Of a DNA stretch of 64,000 bases, positions 16,318 through 24,297 are shown piece after piece (position 1 is the stretch's first letter; each line of letters begins with the position of its first letter). The position numbers and the translations under genes are program-made. The stretch is taken from assembly GCA_965205235.1 (NCBI GenBank), contig CBDBGD010000001.1, forward strand, positions 27,504 to 91,503, given 5' to 3'. This DNA comes from Dehalococcoidia bacterium. GTDB lineage: Bacteria > Chloroflexota > Dehalococcoidia > Lucifugimonadales > UBA1127. The notes beneath the pieces were generated by a model. It did no database searches, was not told where the DNA came from, and worked only from the letters and a program-made list of their open reading frames with translations.

Positions 16318-17010
16318 ATGAGCATACTCAAGTTCTACGGCCACACCCCCCTGGACCTCGGCGAGAAGACGATGCCCGGGCATCTCATTGTCATCGAGGG
16401 CACGGACGGCGTCGGTCGGTCAACCCAAATCGCTCTCCTCAAGGAGTGGTTGGAGAACCAGGGTCGCGCCGTGACGGACACTGGCTTCCGTCGCTCCGAG
16501 CTCTCCGGCAGGGGCATCGACAGGGCCAAGCGAGGCCACACGCTGGACCATTTCACCCTCAACCTGTTCTATGCCACCGACTTCTGGGACCGGATGGAAA
16601 AGGGCATCGTTCCCGCCCTGCAGTCGGGCATGGTGGTGCTCGCCGACCGCTACATCTACTCCATCATGGCGCGGGCGCGGGTCCGCGGCGTCCCGCCTCG
16701 CTGGCTCGACGATATGCTGGAATTCGCCATCGTGCCGCATCAGGTCTTCTACCTGGACATAGACGTCGACCACCTCCTGCCCAGGGTCCTTGCCTACAGG
16801 GAGCTGGACCACTGGGAGTCGGGGGAGGACTTCCTGCGGGAGACGGACCGCTACGCCAGCTTCGTCAAGTACCAGGGAGCGCTGCTGAGGGAGTTCCACA
16901 GCCTTGCGGACCAGTACCAGTTTGAGACGATAGACGCCCGCCTGGGCGTAGCAGAGGTCTTCGAGCAACTGCGGCAGGGCATCACCGAGACCATCGAAAG
17001 ATCGAGTTGA
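16318..17010 (+). CDS. Thymidylate kinase-like protein 2, P-loop Lys replaced by Arg
   Basis: 'LIVIEGTDGVGRSTQIALL' (Arg codon CGG at 16417-16419 where Lys is expected) and 'LADRYIYSIMA'. Lies 30 nt downstream of paralog 1. Confidence 0.7.
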   Translation: MSILKFYGHTPLDLGEKTMPGHLIVIEGTDGVGRSTQIALLKEWLENQGRAVTDTGFRRSELSGRGIDRAKRGHTLDHFTLNLFYATDFWDRMEKGIVPALQSGMVVLADRYIYSIMARARVRGVPPRWLDDMLEFAIVPHQVFYLDIDVDHLLPRVLAYRELDHWESGEDFLRETDRYASFVKYQGALLREFHSLADQYQFETIDARLGVAEVFEQLRQGITETIERSS

Positions 17011-17089
17011 CGCCTCGCAAACAGCGGTCTACCCCCTGCCTCGCCCGCTCCCGACCGCTGCAATCCCCCAGCATTGTAGGAGCCACGCC

Positions 17090-17740
17090 GTGACGCAGCA
17101 GACCTCCGCCGTCGGCGACATGTACCCGATTTTCAGCACTTTCCATCGGATGGTGGCGGAGGAGATCGAGGGCCTCACCGACGCGCAGATGGACTGGGAC
17201 AGCGACCAGTGGGAGTGGGCCGTGTGGAGTATCCGCCGCGACATCAGCCACATCGCCTCCCATCTCTTTCGACAGTACCTCCTGCCCAAGTACTGGGGCG
17301 ACGTCCTCTTCCCAGTCGACAAGCCCTTCCAGCAGGACCTGCACGACCTCGCCGCGCTCCCCACGCGTCGCCTGCACGAGGACCGCTGGTGGTCCACCGA
17401 GGCGATCATGGAGAAGCTCGACCAGGGCCTCGCGCTGGTGCGCAGCATCATGGCGCGGGAGACGGTCGACTCCATCCGCCGGAAGACCATCGTCTACGAC
17501 AACGAGCCGGGCTACAACCACCTCGCGCACTGGTACCCCGGCACCTGCTGGCCGCATCCCGAGCTGCCCGGCCACTGGGTGATGACCCTTGAGGGCTCCC
17601 TCCACCACAGCGAGGGCGAGCTGATCACCCACCTCTACAACATCCAGCGCCACAAGCGCGCGCAGGGCATCCTGGCCCGCGTCCCGCTGCCGCCCATCGG
17701 CTACTGGACGCTGAAGGACTGGGACCGCAGCGAACCCTAG
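17090..17740 (+). CDS. DinB-superfamily-like protein
   Basis: Helical protein. 'FHRMVAEEIEGLTDAQMDW...WSIRRDISHIASHL' fits the DinB/DinB_2 four-helix-bundle pattern with conserved His residues. Confidence 0.5.
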   Translation: MTQQTSAVGDMYPIFSTFHRMVAEEIEGLTDAQMDWDSDQWEWAVWSIRRDISHIASHLFRQYLLPKYWGDVLFPVDKPFQQDLHDLAALPTRRLHEDRWWSTEAIMEKLDQGLALVRSIMARETVDSIRRKTIVYDNEPGYNHLAHWYPGTCWPHPELPGHWVMTLEGSLHHSEGELITHLYNIQRHKRAQGILARVPLPPIGYWTLKDWDRSEP

Positions 17741-17838
17741 CCCCCCGAGAAGCGCACCACCCCCGCCGCCCCTCCACGCCTTGACGCGTTTGCCGCGCCT
17801 CCGCTACGCTACCTCCAGCACCACCGAGAGGAGCAGCT

Positions 17839-19032
17839 ATGTACCAGGGCTACAAGGTCATTGACGCAGACGCGCACATCACCGAACCCAACGACCTCTG
17901 GAGCGAGTTCATGGAGGCCGAGTTCTACGACCGCCGCCCCATCGTCGGCGATCCGGAGGACGACCGGCCCGGCGCACGCAGGACATTCGGCCCCTGCGAG
18001 CTCTTCCCGGAGGGCAACAAGCCCAAGGGCACGCTCATGGGCGGCGGCCACCAGCGCCGCGCCCAGCGCAGCCTGAACGACTTCATGCCCCAGAAGTACG
18101 GCGAGGCCTGGGACGTGGCCTTCACCCCGGAGAGTCGCGTCAAGGACATGGAGCGCCTCGGCTGGGACAAGATGGTCTGCATCGACAACTTCCCCGGCCC
18201 CATCCGCGCCATCCAGGAGGGCGCTGACCAGGCCCTCCTCTGGGCTTGCGCTCGGGCCTACAACAACTACTCCCGCGCCTTCTGCGACACCGACGCCTCC
18301 AAGCTCAAGATGGTCGCCGTCGTCCCCGACCAGCACGACGCCGAAGGGCTCATCGTCGAGACCCGCCGCGCCGTCGCCGAGCTTGGCGCCGTTACCGTTA
18401 TCGTCCCCCGGCCGACCAAGGGCAAGGGCTGGCATGACCCGCAGTACTACCCCTTCTGGGCGCTGGCGGAGGAGCTGGACTTCCCCATGTCCTTCCACGG
18501 CGTCCAGTCCGGTGCTCCCAGGGTCGGCGCACGCTACCAGCCTCGACACCTCGTCTCCGGCCCGGAGGTCGCGCTGGAGCACGCCATGAGCTTCTCCTTT
18601 GAGAACATGGTCTCCATGGGCCACGTCATCCTCTTGGGCCTGCTGGAGAAGTTCCCCAACATGCGCTGCAGCTTCCTGGAGGGCAACGCCGGCTGGGTGC
18701 CCTTCTGGCTGGGCCGTCTGGACGACCACAGCATCCAGGACCGGCGCCAGGGGATGTGGTTCGACACGGACCCGCTTCCCCTGAAGGCCAGCGAGTACTT
18801 CCAGCGCCAGTGCTTCGTCGCCTGCGACCCTGATGAGGCCGCGTTGAAGGGCGCCGTTATGCACCTGGGCGAGGACAACATCGTCTGGAACACCGACTAC
18901 TCCCACCCCGACGCGCCCGACCCCGACAAGGCCGTCCCCATGCTGCTGGCCCAGGACATCTCCGACTCGGCCAAGCACAAGATCCTGTGGGACAACAGCG
19001 TCCGGCTCTACGGGGAGCGCATCCTGAGCTAG
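17839..19032 (+). CDS. Amidohydrolase-2 family metal-dependent hydrolase/decarboxylase (ACMSD-like)
   Basis: 'YKVIDADAHITEP' N-terminus and 'NIVWNTDYSHPD' near the C-terminus. Confidence 0.85.
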   Translation: MYQGYKVIDADAHITEPNDLWSEFMEAEFYDRRPIVGDPEDDRPGARRTFGPCELFPEGNKPKGTLMGGGHQRRAQRSLNDFMPQKYGEAWDVAFTPESRVKDMERLGWDKMVCIDNFPGPIRAIQEGADQALLWACARAYNNYSRAFCDTDASKLKMVAVVPDQHDAEGLIVETRRAVAELGAVTVIVPRPTKGKGWHDPQYYPFWALAEELDFPMSFHGVQSGAPRVGARYQPRHLVSGPEVALEHAMSFSFENMVSMGHVILLGLLEKFPNMRCSFLEGNAGWVPFWLGRLDDHSIQDRRQGMWFDTDPLPLKASEYFQRQCFVACDPDEAALKGAVMHLGEDNIVWNTDYSHPDAPDPDKAVPMLLAQDISDSAKHKILWDNSVRLYGERILS

Positions 19033-19041
19033 AGGAAGTCT

Positions 19042-19159
19042 TCGTCGTTCCTGCGAAGGCAGGAACCTCGACGCTGTGAGACACCGTAGGGGCGGTTCGC
19101 GAACCGCCCCTACCCGCGTGTGGCGCCGCGTCCTGCAGGGGCAACCCTTGTGGTTGCCC
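19042..19159. terminator. Cluster of three strong hairpins between convergent genes (possible bidirectional terminator; also members of dispersed repeat families)
   Basis: GTTCCTGC-gaag-GCAGGAAC (19048-19067). Perfect 28-bp palindrome GTAGGGGCGGTTCGCGAACCGCCCCTAC (19086-19113). GGGCAACC-cttgt-GGTTGCCC (19139-19159). There are no U-tracts, so terminator function is inferred only from position. Confidence 0.35.
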
Positions 19160-19166
19160 GCCGCCC

Positions 19167-20018
19167 TTAGGCGAGTCCCTGCAGGAAGTCCCCGATCGTC
19201 GTGTACAGCACCTGCTCGCGCCCCACGTACCCGTGGTTCGCCCCCTCGATGGTCTCGACGCGCACGTGGGCGTAGCCCGCCTCCGTCAGCCCCTTTCGCG
19301 CCGCGCCGCACACCGGCAGCACCTGCGGCCCCGCGCACTCCTCCGCACCGAAGATAAACAGCATCGGGCAGGCGATGTTCGCGGCGTGGCGTCGCACGCT
19401 GTAGCGGTTGTCCGGGTTGAAGCAGTCCACGTACGCTCGCGCCGACCACATCGACCCCCACGGCACGCCAGGCCGCAGGAAGACGTCCGGCCGTCCCGCC
19501 GACAGGTGCGCCTGCGCCTCCTGGAACGGCGACGTGAACGCCGCCTTGTGCAGGCTGATGATACCCTCGTGGTCGTACTCGCCGGGCGACACGGGCACCA
19601 CGGCGACCACGTCCTCGAAGCCCTCCGTCGCCTGCGCGTAGACCGACCGCACCGCGCCGCCGCTGTGCCCCCCGATGGCGATGCGACGATGCCCGCGCTC
19701 CCGCAGCATCGCCAGCCACGCCGCGTAGTCCATCGGCGATTCGCTCACGGACTCGAACGCATAGCCCTTGAGCGGCCCGTTGGCCGCGCCCGATGCCACG
19801 GCGTCGTGGCCCCGCCGGTTCGCCGTCACAACGCCGATGCCCTGCGCGGCCAGGTGCTGTCCCAGCCCCAGGTACATCGGCCGGTAGAAGTGGCCGCCGT
19901 CGCCGTGGAAGAAGACCAGCGCGTCCACGCCCGCCGGCGGCGGTCCCTGCGGCGCGAAGTACGCCCCGGACAGGGAGATGCCGTCGGAAGTGATTACCTC
20001 AACCAGGTCAGTCAGCAT
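19167..20018 (-). CDS. Alpha/beta-fold hydrolase
   Basis: Nucleophile elbow 'IGGHSGGA' (GxSxG). 283 aa. Overall layout is dienelactone-hydrolase/esterase-like. Confidence 0.7.
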   Translation of the reverse strand: MLTDLVEVITSDGISLSGAYFAPQGPPPAGVDALVFFHGDGGHFYRPMYLGLGQHLAAQGIGVVTANRRGHDAVASGAANGPLKGYAFESVSESPMDYAAWLAMLRERGHRRIAIGGHSGGAVRSVYAQATEGFEDVVAVVPVSPGEYDHEGIISLHKAAFTSPFQEAQAHLSAGRPDVFLRPGVPWGSMWSARAYVDCFNPDNRYSVRRHAANIACPMLFIFGAEECAGPQVLPVCGAARKGLTEAGYAHVRVETIEGANHGYVGREQVLYTTIGDFLQGLA

Positions 20019-20191
20019 GTCTCAACCTCCATCCGCTTCTGGGTTGGCTGCGGCCATTATCGCCTTCGGAGGGGCGCGGTCAAGGCCGCGGCTGCCACCT
20101 GGGATGCCGGTTCGAGTCGATTCGTTTCGTTTTCGCGAGTTTTTTCCGGGCCTTCCGTGCCTGGGGGCTCGCTGTCGAGCGCCGAAACAGG

Positions 20192-20415
20192 TTTGAGGTT
20201 GTTCCGCGATTGTTCCGCGTCGGGTTGGGGCGCAGCTTGGACTCGAGTTTTTGTTCCGGCCGTTGGGAGAGGGTCGCAGGTTGGAGGTTGTTTCGCGAGG
20301 GAGGGTTGGAACCGCGCGGCGCAGATAGGAGACGAATGCCCCGAGAAACAACCGCGGAACAACCTCCAGGTAGGGAACAGGGCTCGGGCGAAGGGGGCGC
20401 GAAACAACCTCCAGG
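20192..20415. repeat. Four copies of a 17-19-bp motif CGCG(A/G)AACAACCTC(C/A)A(G) in alternating orientation
   Basis: Copies at 20192-20208 and 20278-20298 are in one orientation. Copies at 20353-20370 and 20398-20415 are the reverse complement. Confidence 0.7.
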
Positions 20416-20492
20416 CACGGCGTGTAGAGGTACGCGGTTCGACAGGCTCACCACGAACGGGGCGGGGGTCACCACGAAAGGGAGGGAGGATC

Positions 20493-20550
20493 GGATAGCG
20501 AGGTTCCCCTGCCTTCGCAGGGGCAGGCTCTGCTTTCGCAGGAACGACGA
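20493..20550. repeat. Composite double-hairpin repeat (copy 1)
   Basis: GGATAGCGAGGTTCCCCTGCCTTCGCAGGGGCAGGCTCTGCTTTCGCAGGAACGACGA. A near-identical copy lies at 24152-24208. The terminal TCGTCGTTCCTGCG(A/T)A(G/A)GCAG module also occurs at 19042-19070 and 39221-39247. Confidence 0.8.
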
Positions 20551-20803
20551 ATGTGGCCGGGCGCGGCGGCGGCTTGGAGATTCAATAGTGGCCGATGAAT
20601 GGCCTACGAATGGTCGCTGTAGGCGTAGTGGATATTCGACTTGGTTTTCCAATCCGTGCCTGGGAAGGGCCTCTCCAGGCACGGGAAACGAATGGAAAAA
20701 AATTTCGCTATGTCGAATCCCGTTTTGCATGGAGAGAGGATAGCGGAGCGCGGGCGTTGGGGCGAGGGGCGTATGTCAGCTCCTGGCGGGCGGGCAGGGC
20801 GAA

Positions 20804-20920
20804 CCCTGCACCCTCATCGTGCGTCGCTGGACCACGGTGGAGGTTGGGGGCGGAAAGCGTGGTGGTTCCTGGGCGACCGACCCCCTCACCCTAACCCTCT
20901 CCCTGCAGGGAGAGGGGATG
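20804..20920. repeat. Dispersed ~120-bp repeat, copy 1 (core GACCGACCCCCTCACCCTAACCCTCTCCCTGCAGGGAGAGGGGATG)
   Basis: Aligns by eye with 23970-24122 and 43476-43596. Contains the hairpin CTCTCCCT-gc-AGGGAGAG. Confidence 0.85.
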
Positions 20921-20937
20921 ATCGCGCCCCCGCCGCC

Positions 20938-21096
20938 GTTCATGGTTCGAGAGCCTCACCACGAACGGCTACACCCCTCCGTTCATGGTTCGAGAGCCTC
21001 ACCACGAACGACTACACCCCTCCGTTCATGGTTCGAGGGCCTCACCACGAACCGCCACCACCCACCCGTTCATGGTTCGAGGGGCTCACCACGAAC
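20938..21096. repeat. Tandem array: 4 units of 43-44 bp, each with an imperfect hairpin GTTCATGGT-n11-ACCACGAAC
   Basis: Units start at 20938, 20981, 21024 and 21068. The period is not a multiple of 3. A solitary related copy (GGTTCGACAGGCTCACCACGAAC) lies at 20434-20458. Confidence 0.85.
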
Positions 21097-21185
21097 AGGG
21101 GAGGGGAAACACAAGGGTTGCCCCTGCGGCGATGTGGCGTACAATGGATAGCGCCGCACTGGACATAACTACGGAGGAGGAGGCC

Positions 21186-22151
21186 ATGGGAGAGACCACA
21201 CTGTACATCGGCACCCACGACGGGGTGTGCATCGTCACCCGCTCCAACGGGAGCTGGATTCGAGGCCCCGTGACGCCGCTGAGCCACGCGGCCGCGCGCC
21301 TCGCGCTGGGCCCCGGCCGCGCCTACCTCGCCGCCTACGAGTCGGGCGTGTGGCGCAGCGACAACGGCGGTCGCACGTGGACTCCCCTCGACAGCTACCC
21401 CTCGTCGTACGCTCACAGCGTCGCCGTCCACCCGAACGACCCGGACCTCGTCTACGTTGGCAGCGAGCCGGCAGCCCTGTACCGCTCAAGCGACGGGGGG
21501 ATGACCTGGGAGGAGTGCGGCAGCTTCCGCAACCACCCCGGCGCGCATCACTGGCACTTCCACGGCGGACGGGGCTCTCACGTCCGCGACCTCCACTTCG
21601 CCGAGGCCGACTCGGACCGGATGTACGCCGGCATCGAGGTGGGCGGTGTCGTTCGCTCCCTCGACGGGGGCGACACGTGGCAACAGCTTGTCGGCATGCA
21701 CCCGGACGTTCACTCGCTCCACGTGTGCAGCAGTGAACCGGAGACGGTCTACGCCGCCACCGCCGGCGGCCCCTACCGCAGCGACGACGGCGGTGAAACG
21801 TGGACTGCTCTGCTTCAGGGGCTGGAGCGCCACTATTCCGTGCCCATTTCGGCTGCCCCGGACGACCCGGAGACCGTGCTCGTCGCCGTCGCAACCGGCC
21901 CGCAGCGCAAGGGCGCACTGGCCTACCGCTCGGTCGACGGCGGTCGAAGCTGGCTGCGGCTCCCTCTCGGCGACGACGACGACATGGTCGTGGCCTATGC
22001 CTGGGACCCGGCGGTCGCCGGCACGGTCTACGCCGGGACCGACAGCGGCCTGATCTACGTCAGCCCTGACGCGGGCGGGAGCTGGGAGCAGTTGGACGTG
22101 GACCTGCCGGCCCTTGCCGTGGGGGCGCTGCGGGTCGCACCTGCAGCCTGA
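21186..22151 (+). CDS. BNR/Asp-box repeat beta-propeller protein (sialidase / Ycf48-like fold)
   Basis: Six SxDxGxTW-type boxes: 'SDNGGRTW', 'SSDGGMTW', 'SLDGGDTW', 'SDDGGETW', 'SVDGGRSW', 'SPDAGGSW'. ATG 21186 follows GGAGGAGG. The track ORF upstream of that lies inside the repeat array and is rejected. Confidence 0.75.
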   Translation: MGETTLYIGTHDGVCIVTRSNGSWIRGPVTPLSHAAARLALGPGRAYLAAYESGVWRSDNGGRTWTPLDSYPSSYAHSVAVHPNDPDLVYVGSEPAALYRSSDGGMTWEECGSFRNHPGAHHWHFHGGRGSHVRDLHFAEADSDRMYAGIEVGGVVRSLDGGDTWQQLVGMHPDVHSLHVCSSEPETVYAATAGGPYRSDDGGETWTALLQGLERHYSVPISAAPDDPETVLVAVATGPQRKGALAYRSVDGGRSWLRLPLGDDDDMVVAYAWDPAVAGTVYAGTDSGLIYVSPDAGGSWEQLDVDLPALAVGALRVAPAA

Positions 22152-22183
22152 AGCCGACCTACACCTAAACGGGAGGCCTCCTC

Positions 22184-23935
22184 ATGCCCAAGCCTTACGC
22201 CGTCACCTTTGAACCGAACATTCGAGTACCCCTCCGGGACGGGACGGTCACCTACGCCGACGTCTTTCGTCCCCGGGCGCGAGGGAGCTTCCCCGCCCTG
22301 CTCCAGCGCACCCCCTACGACAAGAGCTCGCCGCAGAGCCGCACCGGCACCCTGGACGCGGTGCAGGCCGCCACGAACGGCTACGCCGTGGTCATCCAGG
22401 ACGTGCGCGGCCGCTACTCCTCCCAGGGCGAGTTCTACACCTTCGTCAACGAGATGAACGACGGCCACGACTCCGTGGAGTGGGTGGCGAGCCGGCCCTG
22501 GTGCACGGGCCGCGTCGGCATGTACGGCGTCTCGTACGTCGGCGCCACGCAGTGGCTCGCGGCCAAGGCGGGTGCGCCGTCGCTGGGCGGCATCGCGCCC
22601 GGCGTCACCGCCTCCAACTACCACGAGGGTTGGGCATGGCAGGGCGGCGCATTCGAGCTCGGCTTCAACCTCTCCTGGGCCGTCGGCCCGCTGACCTGGG
22701 GCAACTGGGCCGCGCTCGCCCGGCGTCTGGGCCTCTCCTCCGATCGACAGGAGCAGCTCCTCAGCACCAAGGACGGCCTCACGGCCCGCTACAACCACCT
22801 GCCCCTCCAGGACCTCCCCGACCTCGGCGACGGTCTGGCGCCCTACTACTACGACTGGCTCGCCCACCCCGAGTACGACGACTACTGGAAGAGCCTCAGC
22901 ATCGAAGAGTCGCACCCGGACATCCGCGTTCCAGCCTTCAACTTCGGCGGCTGGTACGACATCTTCCTCGCCGGCACCATTCGCAACTTCGCCCTCATGC
23001 GACAGCTCGGCGCCACGGAGGACGCCCGCCGCGGCCAGCGGCTCGTGCTCGGTCCGTGGATACACGGCGGCGCGCCCAGCCACGTCACCGGCGAGTACAA
23101 CTTCGGCACCCGTGCCGCCGCCGACGCGATGGACCTGCGCGGCCAGACCTTGCGCTTCTACGACCACTGGCTCCGCGGCGAGGACAACGGCGTCATGGAT
23201 GAGCAGCCCGTCCTCCTCTTTGTCATGGGCGAGAACGTCTGGCGGCGGGAGAGCGAGTGGCCCCTGGCCCGCGCCGAGAACACCAGGTTCTTCTTGCGAA
23301 GCCTTGGGGCCGCCAACACCCTGAACGGCGACGGCTGGCTCACGCCCGACTCTCCCGGCGACGAGCCTCCCGACATGTATCGATACAACCCCCTGGACCC
23401 GGTGCCCACCCGCGGCGGCGGTCTCTGCTGCGACCCCGCCTTCATGGCCTCGGGCGCCTACGACCACCGCGCCATCGAGGCCCGCCCCGACGTCCTGGTC
23501 TACTCGACACAGCCCCTGGCCGAGGACGTGGAGGTCACCGGCCCGGTCACCCTTACCCTGTACGCCTCCACCTCCGCCGTCGACACCGACTTCACGGCCA
23601 AGCTGCTCGACGTCGAGCCGTGCGGCTACGCTCGCAACCTGACCGACGGCATCCTCCGCGCGCGCTACCGCTCCTCCCGTACGGAGCCCAGCTTCCTCGA
23701 CCCCGGCGCGGTCTACCGATTCGAGGTTGACCTTGTAGCCACCAGCAACCTCTTCAAGAAGGGGCACCGCATCCGGCTGGAGGTCTCCAGCAGCAACTTC
23801 CCTCGCTTCGACCGGAATGCGAACACCGGCGGGCCCATCGGCGCCGACACCCACGTGGTGTCCGCCCTGCAGACGGTCTACCACACCCGCGAGTACCCGT
23901 CGCACGTCACGCTGCCGGTGGTGCCGCGGCGCTGA
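22184..23935 (+). CDS. CocE/NonD-family (S15 X-Pro dipeptidyl-peptidase-like) hydrolase
   Basis: 'RDGTVTYADVFRP...PALLQRTPYDKS', 'GMYGVSYVGATQ' nucleophile region, and a C-terminal jelly-roll domain 'FKKGHRIRLEVSSSNFPRFDRN'. Confidence 0.85.
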   Translation: MPKPYAVTFEPNIRVPLRDGTVTYADVFRPRARGSFPALLQRTPYDKSSPQSRTGTLDAVQAATNGYAVVIQDVRGRYSSQGEFYTFVNEMNDGHDSVEWVASRPWCTGRVGMYGVSYVGATQWLAAKAGAPSLGGIAPGVTASNYHEGWAWQGGAFELGFNLSWAVGPLTWGNWAALARRLGLSSDRQEQLLSTKDGLTARYNHLPLQDLPDLGDGLAPYYYDWLAHPEYDDYWKSLSIEESHPDIRVPAFNFGGWYDIFLAGTIRNFALMRQLGATEDARRGQRLVLGPWIHGGAPSHVTGEYNFGTRAAADAMDLRGQTLRFYDHWLRGEDNGVMDEQPVLLFVMGENVWRRESEWPLARAENTRFFLRSLGAANTLNGDGWLTPDSPGDEPPDMYRYNPLDPVPTRGGGLCCDPAFMASGAYDHRAIEARPDVLVYSTQPLAEDVEVTGPVTLTLYASTSAVDTDFTAKLLDVEPCGYARNLTDGILRARYRSSRTEPSFLDPGAVYRFEVDLVATSNLFKKGHRIRLEVSSSNFPRFDRNANTGGPIGADTHVVSALQTVYHTREYPSHVTLPVVPRR

Positions 23936-23969
23936 GTCGGCGGGCCATTGACCCGTGGAAGGGCCTGCG

Positions 23970-24122
23970 CCCTGCACGCTCATCTTGCGTCGTTGGACCA
24001 CAGCGGAGGTTGGAGGGGGGAAAGCGTGGTGGTTCCTGCGCGACCGACCCCCTCACCCTAACCCTCTCCCTGCAGGGAGAGGGGATGCGCGGGAGGCCCT
24101 TCGAGAGCCTCAGGGCGAGCGG
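23970..24122. repeat. Dispersed repeat, copy 2 (longest copy)
   Basis: Same core as 20804-20920, plus the 3' extension CGCGGGAGGCCCTTCGAGAGCCTCAGGGCGAGCGG that is shared with copy 3. Confidence 0.85.
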
Positions 24123-24151
24123 ATAGCGGGGTTCCCCCGCCGACGAGATGT

Positions 24152-24208
24152 GATAGCGAGGTTCCCCCGCCTTCGCGGGGGCAGGCTCTGCTTTCGCAGG
24201 AACGACGA
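24152..24208. repeat. Composite double-hairpin repeat (copy 2)
   Basis: GATAGCGAGGTTCCCCCGCCTTCGCGGGGGCAGGCTCTGCTTTCGCAGGAACGACGA. A partial extra head copy lies at 24121-24141. Confidence 0.8.
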
Positions 24209-24297
24209 GGTTGGGAGGGGCCATTGACCCGTGGAAGGGCGTCACGATAGACTGCGCCCGACTTGCTACGAAAGCAGACTCACTTAGGAGGCCAGCT

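Noticed and set aside
20938-21096. Possible CRISPR array (regularly spaced direct repeats with hairpins).
   Set aside because: The period is only 43-44 bp. The 'spacers' are ~14 bp and are themselves similar between units (GGCTACACCCCTCC / GACTACACCCCTCC). There are only four units, they degrade progressively, and no cas genes are present in the window.
20080-21168. ORFs predicted inside the repeat-rich intergenic region (e.g. 20080-20730(-), 20210-20743(+), 20641-21168(+), and the 5' part of 20985-22151).
   Set aside because: They are composed of translated repeat units in several frames. The tandem unit length (43 bp) is not a multiple of 3. The BNR-repeat gene has a good RBS and ATG at 21186, downstream of the array.
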